64,000 nt of DNA from Phoronis australis (Eukaryota > Animalia > Phoronida): assembly GCA_002633005.1 (NCBI GenBank), contig NMRA01000690.1, positions 130,365 through 194,364 on the forward strand, read 5' to 3'. The notes under the pieces are model-generated. The model saw only the letters and a program-made list of their open reading frames with translations. It was not told the origin of the DNA and ran no database searches. The translations under genes and the position numbers were made by a program. Position 1 is the stretch's first letter. Each line of letters starts with the position of its first letter. Positions 53,515-64,000 of this stretch are shown in pieces.

Positions 53515-53603
53515 ACACACGCGCGCACACACACGCGCACACACACGCACACACACGCGCACACACACGCACACACACGCGCACACACACGCGCACACGC
53601 ATG
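53515..53603. repeat. Compound (CA)n/(CG)n alternating purine-pyrimidine repeat
   Basis: Units such as GCGCACACACAC and GCACACACAC, directly visible in PKA intron 4. Confidence 0.95.
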
Positions 53604-54821
53604 TTTTTAAAGCCTAACTTCAGCGGATTTTTTTATTTGAGGTGTATTGGGCTAACAAGATAGTCCTAGCAAAGCTTTAGTAAAACATGAAGACGCGAGT
53701 TCTATTACGCAAATGTAAGTCCATCAAATGATAAGTGAAGCCGCCTGTTCGTGCCATGTTGCGTCACCACAAGATCCCAGCACAAACAATCGATGGTATT
53801 GAATAGGGGTCTGAATAGAACATCTTGCGTGCGGGTGTTATTCGCAGCTGTTTATTGTAAAAGGTGATTCTCGCGGTGACGTTGACAAAACCAAGCCAAT
53901 ACGCATAACAGTTCGTTACAGTTGGCAATGTATGGCACTAGTGGGCTCAGAGCAATGCACTTAACATACTGTAAGAACCAAATTTACAGGAAAACTTTGC
54001 CTAGTATGTAGTTTGTTTTTCTCACAAATGACAACTTGTACGTTTTGCTGTCTGCAATCGAAACCGTTTAATTTCACCTCCCAACACTTCTTGTATGCTA
54101 CCGGTCTTGTATAAAAATGGTTCTTTACGAATACCAAATATCAATTTCTCAAGTACCCCAGGAAATTTTTAGAAGTCTACCATTCATAGTTTTGGACGGA
54201 AAAATGTACTTGTATATGCCTGCTGGGTACATTCTACCGGCTTGTTGGTGCAAAGGTCCGGTAAGAAGTATTTCAAAATTGACCTCTTAAAGTTTAAATT
54301 TGTCTCAGCTGACTTCTCTGACATTTGCAATTGTATGCAACATCAGCGTCGATTGGCAGAGACCCACATCATGCGCGCGCGGTTTCTAAGGTGAGTTGAA
54401 ACTCACTGTTTGATTCTATTCAGTTGACATGTCTCAAATTTGGTGTCTGGAAAAATTTATCTCAATACATTCACGGAATCACAGCCAGCCAACGCAACAA
54501 AACTCGAGCATCTTAATAGTATATCAGGCAGAAAAGGTGAAATACAATTTAAGAAAAACACAATTGTTAAGTTGTACGTTGTTCGAAGCTCAGTCCATCA
54601 CAAGAGTTTAATGCATTTCAAGAATCCAATTCTATTAAAGTTGAAGTATTCACAATGTTTACAGAACAATTATAAGTAGAATGTAGTGGAAATATGTTTA
54701 TTTTTAATTTAGTGGGTCAGGAATGAATTTGCCTAAAAGGCAAGCATTTACAGTATACAAGGAATATCATGAAAACTCATTAAATGCTTCTAACTAAATT
54801 TTACAAACGTTCTGCAGTTAC

Positions 54822-54920
54822 CTTAAAATGGAATTCCAGCTTGACTATAAAAGGGAATGATATTGCTTGTAGAATTCTCTTCTCGTTTAGCGTGTGTTCC
54901 ACCTGTTTCATTTGTATAAC
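54822..54920 (-). CDS. PRKACA: PKA-C like, exon 4
   Basis: 99 nt, CAG|...|GTAAC; [33 protein letters not shown]. Confidence 0.95.
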
Positions 54921-55774
54921 CTGCATTATAATTTTACATTAATTTATATCAGCAAATTCAAAAACTGTTAAATATAAATATATACATGTATATGCGTATA
55001 TTTCGCAATTATGCAGGTTAACACATGTACGGTGTATTTGCCTTGGGAATGTATGCCGTTTGAATTTTTCGAGTTGTCCTGGGGTAGCACATGACCTGGC
55101 GAGTGAATGGTAGTGAGATCACGCGCTTCGCCTGTAACACATGGTCGTATCTCGCGAAGACTTCCGTTGTGGTTCTTAATTCACAACCACTAGCCATAGA
55201 TCTATTTTAATGAGATCGATGAGTACACAACAGATGGTCTTTCCCGAACACGAATACACCGACTGTTCTGATCGAGGTAATTTTTTTAATAATCACCGGG
55301 CCCTCGACAGCAACGTCACCACTTGTTCGTTTAAAAAATCATTGATTCGTGAAACAAATACGTATTCCGTGAATAGAATCTATTATACGAGTTGCACTTA
55401 TAATATAGCTCTTGAAATACCTCGTCATTTTAATGGCATCTGGTTGCCACTATTAGTTAAAAGTACTAACAGCTACCAGATTATTGTCCAGAAGGGGTCT
55501 CACGAACGTACATACATCACATCCATTGTAACAATTCAAAAGTGGCCGAGCAAGGTTTTGAAGTTTGGTCGTCCCATCCTCACCCGCGATGGATCCTGAC
55601 CTTGTGGCGATGTTTCATCACAACACGGACTTTTTGCGTAAGGTCAGTGACCTTGTACAGATACCGGATGCAAATGTAAGTGTGCCTAGCCAAACTCTAA
55701 AATATCAAATGTGCTGTTAGCTTATTTTAAAATCACTAAAAATCTTATGTATAATTGAAGAATGTTTAATTTAC

Positions 55775-55903
55775 CTTCTTCTTATCCAATATTTTCATGG
55801 CATAGAGTTTTCCAGACTCTTTGTTTTTTGTCATCATTACACGACCGAACGATCCCGTTCCTAATGTCCGTATCGGCTCGAACTCCGAAAACGATGCCGT
55901 ATT
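55775..55903 (-). CDS. PRKACA: PKA-C like, exon 3 (Gly-rich loop, catalytic Lys)
   Basis: 129 nt, CAG|...|GTAAA; [43 protein letters not shown]. Confidence 0.95.
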
Positions 55904-57404
55904 CTGCAAAAAAGAAGTATATAGAAAAATCCACAATACGAATTCTGTGGAATTAAAACACATTATAATTAGTGCTGTGCTGTAGTTGCGAGATTCTTAA
56001 AGCTGCAATATTTGTCCAAATCCTGTGACAGTAATCATTTTTTGAATTTAAAATCAAAACTTAAGACACCCGTCTCGTCTTTTGAAGCATGGTGCAGGAT
56101 TCACCCTCGTTCCCAGTTCAAAAAAATGGTTTGGAGTTTCGTGGCTCCCATTTTTCGATGTTCAGTGTCTGTTGTTAATTTTTTTATTACATTTGACTTG
56201 TTTTTCGGCAAGATAACTCCAGATCACGGCAATGTAAAAGTACAAACATTAGTCAGATGGCACAGATATATATATAAACAATACGCTGGATAGCAACAAT
56301 GACGTCAAACAATGATGTGTTATGTTGGCGTTGTTGAGGGTTTTGCAATTTCACGTACTCATGTCAAGATTCGTGAACTGTGGGAATCAAGTACAGCGTA
56401 TATATCCCATAATTCGTAATTCTAGGGACCGAAAATAAATGCCAATACAGCTGATGCCAAGCTGCAGTCAAAACTTTTGCAGTTTCGTACAACCACTTGT
56501 GGTGAAACCCATTCCACGGTGCTCATCTCATCCGATAGAATTCAACTGTGTTGAAAATTATCATATCAATAGCGACTTTTTACGCTGGAGCTTTCTAGAG
56601 TAATAAGAAAGCGAAAGTGACAGACGCTTGAAACCGACTCAGATTTGGTGGACAGAAATTCAGTTACTGAATATACTAATTTAAAAGCAGAGGAATTGTC
56701 AGTCCTTCCCCTTGTTTATTTTATCTTTTTGACACCGGCTGGGATCGAAATTCTCCCGCTATATCAGCCGCAGCCATTGACTTTGTCACGGACTCTTCTT
56801 CACAGTCTGTGATAAAAGTATGGAACATGATATCCTTGGCTCACCTATTGATATTTGAAATAGTTTGCATTTCCTCCGTAAAGCATTAGTATATCCCACC
56901 GCATAGCAGTGGACATTTGACGGCATTATGACATAAGGAAAGGTGCTAAAACGTTATTTCTCCCTGTAGGTTCTCCCGTCCGCATTACATTGGATCTGTA
57001 GGTAACATTGAACGCATAAGACCTGATCGCCGTCTGGCGGGATAGAGAATTTCAATATGGGGCGGATATTTTGAAAAATGGTTACTGACCTTTACTCTAA
57101 CGCATGCATAGAATAGCAGATTGTTGAAAATATGCGTAAATGGGCAAAAAGGAAATTGTGTCCATGCATGTTCGTCATTCTAGGCGTGCGTAGTTAATGC
57201 CTAAAATAAGTCAAAAGCCGTGGATATTTCATGACACTAGTTGTAGCGCCATCGTCTACCTCTTTCCGGTCTTGATAACAGAGATTTTTAATCTATGATG
57301 GCGAGGCATTAAGAGTATTAACATCATTTCAAACACGCGCGAGACGATATTGAAAACCAAATCTGCAAAACACATGGTAAGAAAATTGACAACAAACGGC
57401 ATAC

Positions 57405-57466
57405 CTGTGCTGGCGCTTCCCATTTTTGTAAAAATTCCTGCTTCTTTTCTTCCTGCAACTTTTCAA
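57405..57466 (-). CDS. PRKACA: PKA-C like, exon 2 (A-helix)
   Basis: 62 nt, CAG|...|GTATG, phase 1 to 0; (V)EKLQEEKKQEFLQKWEAPAQ versus human [21 protein letters not shown]. Confidence 0.9.
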
Positions 57467-57906
57467 CTGCAAACAAGGAAATACGTCGGTTATTTGCACA
57501 TTGCTGTAGCAGAAATTGCTCAAGCTACAGACAGTAGCAATTCTTTACTGAATTCAGTTATGTTTCTATGTCCCACTACGCTACATGTAGCTGTTTTATT
57601 TTAGACTGAACTTTTGTTTTAAAGTAAGCTTTCTTTGTCGAATATTGGCAGTGTGAAAATTTATTGCAAGGAATATTACGACTTGAAGCCAGTGGAGAAG
57701 TTTTGATCGGAATTGAAACGTTTCTATCTCTATCTATATCTTGAAATACTTCACACGTTTCCGTCGTTAACCTAACATGATATGGTGTTTCTAACTTCGG
57801 ATCGACTTTAATTTTGCCAAATGACACGCATTGTAATGTTAAAAAGATAGCCTATTAGCCGATATTAACGGCCACTAGATCAGATAAATCCTGAAATGCT
57901 CAGTCT

Positions 57907-58140
57907 TCAAAAGTTTGGATTAATTTCGAGAACTCATCCTTGCAATCTGTTAAATAGACATGCGTGATTAGACAAAAGCGGTTTGAGCGAGTTAATCCAT
58001 GGTTATAGGGAACATCGCTTTTTAACCCTCGCAATCTTCAAGAGTTTGCATTAAATTCGAGAACTCGTCGACACAGTCCGCTACATTGAGCATGCGTGAT
58101 TAACGCTATGAGCGAGTTAATCCACGGCTACGGGGAAATT
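57907..58140. repeat. Diverged tandem duplication (~130-bp period)
   Basis: TTCGAGAACTC...CATGCGTGATTA...TGAGCGAGTTAATCCAYGGYTAYRGGGAA occurs twice. Confidence 0.7.
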
Positions 58141-60396
58141 AGCTCATCTCAAATCACAGGATCCACTTCAAGGAAGTGCGGATAGGTTGTGGCTTTATAT
58201 AACGCTTTACTGTTTGTCCAATACCACTTGACAGAACCAGTTTTGGGTGAAATAGTCATTAAATAAACAAACCAATGTAACGTTGCATTCATTACGAAAA
58301 CTGCTAATCTGCAACGCAACAACGCGGACATGTACATGTATGAAAGAGCGCCATTTGTAAATGCATCAGCTCTGACAAATGGCGTGTCACATTTATTTTA
58401 AAACCACTAATTCGCACGGACTACTTCACTGCATGCATTGACTTAGTTCATTTGTACCAGGGAGTGTTTCTGTGTCTCCTCAGAAGTGTAACTTGACACG
58501 GAGATGGCAGCGAAGAGTAATGGATAATGTAACGGTGACACCATCGTCAGTCAAATACGCCAGAGCACAAAAAAATGGTTCATTATGCAGAACAATCTTC
58601 CAAACTCATTTACGATATCGTGAATGGTAGCTCAGCAAACTTAGTTCTCGCTTGTATATTGAGTTCACTTGTAAAACACTGACGTCGTAATAGAATTACC
58701 CTAAATGACGTCAGATCCAGTCGGTATCCTGGCATTCACAAATGCACGCACTGTATTTTTAGAATATATATCCGCCCTGTCGGCATTTCATTGCTAATGA
58801 TAGAGTAGACTCGTTGCAAATCCTGAATAATCGTAGCACTATTTCCAAAGTTAACTCTACTATGCCAAATAGCACCCATACGGTCTTATTCCCCCAGTAT
58901 GGTTCACCTTTAATAAACTCTTGTTTCCATTCAACCCGGCCCTTGTATGTAGTTGCGTATGCCCCGTGTTGAACTGCACAACTAAAGTACATCATCAATG
59001 TACACTATTACACAATACTAGATGAATATGTCAGGTAACTTTTCTTTGCTAATAAAATGCTATGTTTCTTACGCGGTGATCCACGATAACCCGCCGTGGA
59101 AGTTTATTGATTTTCGCTGTTTCATGGACGCAAAACGAAACGGCGTGTAAATGGTGACAACTTAATGATAGAATGCGTTCATAAATGGAATAGGCACTAA
59201 AATAAGGATTTCAAAGTTGAGTGAAAACGTTGGAATTCTCATTTCTTACGGCAGCGGTCGCCGGAAAAGTGAAGAGACATTTTAGCACTGACGGAAATAA
59301 TTACGAACTCTGAACCCTGTAGAACTCTTTCATTAACACGGACACAACGGAAACCCATACCACTCCCCACAAAATACTTATTTAGCATTTCGGCCACTTG
59401 TACATGTACTGAAAACTGTGCATGGTAAGACAGTACGTCGTTGTAGTTTAGCCTCCAAGGGCAAGGGCTCCTTGCACGTGGTAAAAGTTCTGGCGGTGCA
59501 TGGTGTCTTGTGGAGAATAGTAAGGGTTTCCCAGGTTCCCTTGTTTAGGCTTGTGCTCCGGAAGCAATCAACGTGTAAACGTATGAAAAACAAGAGTGGA
59601 TCAAATTTTTCCATAAAAAGTCACGCTGTACCACCCCTTTCTCTGCAGTATTTTCATTCCCATTTTTCTGGATCTTAGCACATAAGTTGAGAAACAGCAG
59701 ATAAGGGGTGATGTAAAAAGAAAACATTCATAGATATATATTTTAATTTGTCCTCGTTGCCATTGCTGGTGACCAGTTTGATCATCAGTTGTCAAACGAA
59801 GTCAGGGTCTAGGATTACGGGATTGAGTAAGTGATTACAAATTTAAACACCCAGACAAAAAATACTGGTCTTGGCGTCAACTGCTACAATCACTGTAGCC
59901 GGCATGTTCAGCTCCATGCGCTGGTCTACTGGCAACAGGCTCGCAAAATTAAAGAGAAATGTCCACGGTCATTGACGTTCCGTTAAGCCTGGATAAGCCA
60001 GATTTAATCAACCAAGCAATAGATTTTATCGACCATCAGTTTTTCTTATGACAAAATGTGATACATCAGAACAAGACACTTCTCATGTGTGTTGAGCTGG
60101 ATGTCTACAACACGTCTGCTACAGAAAAAAGAAATAATAAAACAGCACTCAGCAGATTCAAAATTCCTAGTAAATACATGTACATCGCGTACGTGTTTAT
60201 AATTAACTTCTACTACTGTTGGAACGATAATAGTTTCCTAGCATTGAATGGCTACGAACATTTTTTTTCTCAGATCAGCAAGTACAAATCCATTTCATCG
60301 GAAGAGTATTGGCTCACAGTAACTTTTTCATTAGCACACAACAGAAATAATAACTGGAAGAATGATGCTAAGAAGACATTCTTCATGGTGACACTC

Positions 60397-60760
60397 AGAC
60401 AAACAGACAGGTAACTAGACGGACGGGCATTTCGACGGTTAGATAGACGGCCGAACAGACAATCAGACAGACAGGAGGGGTAACGGGCATACAGGTTGAC
60501 AACTAGACGCACGTGCGGGGCGACGGACAGACAGTCTGACAGACTGGCAACTAGGCAGGTCAGGGTTATGGCCAAACGGACTAACAACTGACTGACAGCT
60601 AAACAGACGGTTAGACTAGCATGCAGACTTACAACTAGACATGCGGGCAGGGTGATGAATGAAAGGACTAACGGATGTACGGTTGGAAATATGCTCGGAC
60701 AACATGAACGTGTGAATAAACACATGTCATTCCATACATGCATACATACATTATCTACGT
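60397..60760. repeat. Degenerate GACA/GACG tetranucleotide array
   Basis: 4-nt periodic AGAC/GGAC/AGGC-rich tract ending in CATA-like repeats. Confidence 0.7.
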
Positions 60761-62288
60761 AATACGTGCGTGCACAAGTAAGTGCTTCTAATTTTGGCGG
60801 TGTCCCAGACTGTGACTCTATTTACAGTTTATGAAACTAAAAAAATTAATTAGGCACCATATCTGAACCAGGGTACTCCTTTTTGAATATCCGATTGCAC
60901 AGACTTAGCTCCTTTGACTGCACGCTGGTAAATTATTTCACTTTTCTACCACTCGTTTGGTATGTAAGTTGGTGACCCTGGCAAGGTGCTATGGAAGCAC
61001 ATATCACAAGATGGAGATTAGATGGTAACAATAACACACAGTGTCATGCATTGTCAACTGACAAACGCCTGAGTCGAAACCATAGGCTAGGCCAAATTAA
61101 CATTTCACCCAAGGGGACTTGGTTATATTTTGACGAGAAGTGCCGCTGGAAAATTAAGGTACTGGCACATTCAGAAAGCTTCCACAAAAGATGTATTAAT
61201 GGTTCAGAAACACCACTCTATAGTAGGGGATAATTCAAAAAATTGAGCCATTTCCCAAGCTGTGACTCCTGGCCTCCTGTTTTTTAAGCAAATTAGTTTG
61301 ATGAGACTTAGAAATGTTTGCGGTAAGCTTGAAACAGTTTAGAGAACATCTTTTCGAACCATAATTTTAATAACAGTACTAAAAATACGCCTGTAGGCTG
61401 GTGCAGTTAAATTAAAGTGGAGTACTTTATTAAGTTGAGCTCCTTCACTAAGGAGTTAAATGTAAATAGAAAGGTCACTCTTCCTTAGGGCGCAGCTTTG
61501 TCGGAAAGGGACCCTTTCGTAGTGAATTTGGCCGTGAAAAGTCACCTTGGGTATTTTCGTAGCCTCAATTTTGCCAACGGAGTTGAACGTCAGATGCGCA
61601 TGTGTGAGCTTCAGTAATATTGTCAATCATTTTCCAGTTTTAAAGTCGTATTATTTGTCATGTGACTGAAGTCCGCACATTCACATATAATCATAGGTAC
61701 GATCTGATTTCTACATGAGTATTTCAAAATTTCAAATTGTCAATTATTTTTCACTTTTCCTGTAATTTTTTAAACATTTTTTTTAATTCAATTGCTGCCC
61801 AGTGGCTTAAATACACTGGTTGCCTCATCCCTGATTGACCAATAATGTCAGATGCCAGACCTCTATATCCGACTATAATGCTGATTGAGGATAGATTCGA
61901 AACTAGCGCAAACAACGTTCACCTTCGCAGGGACATTTGAAGCTAAGAAAATACCCGAGTTGACCTTAATGCCATTTGAGCGACCCGTCCCATGCATATC
62001 TTCTATGAGAGTAACCCCCACCCCAGGTATCGCATGCTGTGAAGTACCTTTAGCCTTTGCAGCAGAAGCTTAGAGACAAAAGGGAAGACAAATGTCAAAT
62101 TTAATCAACATATGATAACAAGTTATGTATCAGTAATATCATGCACGTGAAAACTCGACTCGAACAATACAAGCAATCAAAAGTCTAATGTTACGGCAAA
62201 TTCACCCAGTATACCTCGATATCACACAAACGTACATGTAACGGACAGTCCTTTTAAATTTACAAATATGTGGCTCTTTGCATCCTAC

Positions 62289-62397
62289 CTACGTATCCGA
62301 TCGTCACACTGACAACAGGTCGTGTCCGCCTCTTGACGTACCGCGGTCGATGCAGGCTTCTTTTTGAAGGTGCTCCGCGAACAAATCCATTCCCCAT
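62289..62397 (-). CDS. PRKACA: Candidate PKA-C like exon 1 (MGN start, myristoylation Gly2)
   Basis: ATG GGG AAT start; MGNGFVRGAPSKRSLHRPRYVKRRTRPVVSVTIGYV; donor G|GTAGGA in phase 1, as exon 2 requires. No homology beyond MGN. Confidence 0.5.
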
Positions 62398-63810
62398 GAG
62401 TCGGTGTAGATATTGCTATCACCTTCTGAAAATCGCCATCGGTTCCTATACTACGAATCCAGTTCAACTGATTCCACGCGATTCAGTGAAAATGGATATC
62501 GCACTCACTCGTAAGCTGCGCTCTCCTCACTCGTCACCGGTATTGTTTTTCTCCGTCACACGGATTCCTGACACTCAACGTCCAAGAGACTTCTTTCTGC
62601 GTCACTAATTACTGCCAATCAACAGCTCAACTGTCCAGAAGACAAGCAGCACTGCAGCCATGTTACTCGATGATTATTCGCTTGTTAATGATCTCGACTA
62701 ATGACTGCTCATCAGTGAAAACGCGATCTAATCCCTCAAACAGTGAGTTAAAGCTTTCCTGAGCCGACGTATAGTCTCATCTCCATTTACGATTTCTCAG
62801 TTCACTGAGTAGGAACATTTATTGCGAAAGCGGGTCCGCAATCACGTCATCATATAGGTGCTCTTTCACTCGGAACTCTCAACTTATTTGTGATTTATAA
62901 ACCTAGACGAGAGCTTGAATGTTTATGTTGAAGTTAACAGGAGAGAAGGCGAAGCTTGTAATTTCGAATGAATGCAAAAGAGTTCATTGCGTGTAATCTA
63001 TTTTTCTGACAGCGCGTGTTACGCAATATTTACAATAGAGAACTGAGAGAGAATGTTTACGTGCGTGAGTAGGGCATTGCCTACAGAATAAACTCATTGA
63101 CGACATTGAAAACCCAATTTTGGAAATCGATGAAGACGGTGCTAATTCTGACCAATGAGATAAATGAGTTAGCTCAATTGTTCTAACCTAGGATCTGACA
63201 TGAAAAGACAGCCCACGTTAGACGGTAGTCGTTAGGACTCGTATTACAACCATATACAGAACCACACTGTTGGCAACGCGATTCTATTGACCGCAACCCC
63301 CTACTGTAGAGTTGCTTTGAATGGATACACGATCAGTGCCGGGTCCCCCAATCTATGAGAAGTCCGGGTGCTCATGGTAATTTGAATTAATCCCCTGGTT
63401 GTCACAATTCAAAGTTTTCGAGCTTGGCGCACACCTCGACGAAACGCTACGTAACAATATTTATCTTTGATTCATGAGGGACCCAAAGCTGTGAATTATT
63501 TATTTTCATTATGATTAATAATCCGTCAGTACCTTCGGGTTCGCCTGAAACGTGTCACGGTGGATTTGACTGTAAAGATGTTTTAGATTTAGGCAAACAC
63601 TGGTCCAACGACTTTGAATTTACGTGTGGACGTCCGTTTAAGACAGAATTGAAGTTGCTGGACTCGAGTTTGGCGAATAAGACGACCAGTACAATTTTCG
63701 ACCAGCAATATCCGGGTACCAATCAAATCATCCGCCCTCGTGACTGAGTGTCATTGCATACCCACTGACACAGCGCCACCTATACTGAAAAGAATCCATG
63801 TGGAAACCTG

Positions 63811-64000
63811 GGCCCGGTCTCTAATATTTGTACTCGAAACGAACTCGAAACTATTTTTGGCAATTTCTCAGCTCCTTTTGTGCGAACTTAAAAGATAATT
63901 GGTAATCAGACTGTGCTCGAATATATTATAGTTTATGCATAGGAGTTTCTAGTTCAAGTTTGCCCTTGAAGACCCTTATATTTGGGCTACAAACTCGAGT
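63811..64000. mobile_element. Left end of a Harbinger-like MITE (runs off window)
   Basis: GGAAAC-CTG|GGCCCGGTCTCTAATATTTGTACTCGA, similar to the 29695 TIR, with ACTCGA subterminal repeats. Confidence 0.65.

Noticed and set aside
60270-60743. 157-aa hydrophobic minus-strand ORF
   Set aside because: Artefact of the degenerate GACA array (LSVC-type translation).

Overview
AT-rich animal genomic DNA with introns, probably from a marine invertebrate. The Dmrt93B-type gene and vertebrate-like PKA intron positions suggest a slowly evolving bilaterian such as a lophotrochozoan, but this is inference. Three genes are supportable. (1) A minus-strand Dmrt93B/DMRTA-type transcription factor: DM-domain exon 4277-4649, DMA-domain exon 524 to <1, running off the window. 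(2) A plus-strand single-coding-exon gene (37463-37864) for a 133-aa single-pass membrane protein whose architecture resembles KCNE (MinK/MiRP) K+ channel beta-subunits. (3) A minus-strand, intact but unusually divergent PKA catalytic subunit, with exons 2-10 at 40564-57466 and a candidate MGN first exon at 62289-62397. Exons 2-9 match human PRKACA exon lengths exactly, but the protein is changed at R-subunit/PKI contact residues and lacks the Ser338 turn-motif site. The rest is intergenic or intronic DNA rich in non-autonomous DNA transposons (MITEs). These include a 3.5-kb Harbinger-like element carrying two nested MITEs with perfect 9-bp target-site duplications. No prokaryotic features, rRNA, intact tRNA or CRISPR were seen. 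All homology statements come from recalled sequences, not database searches.
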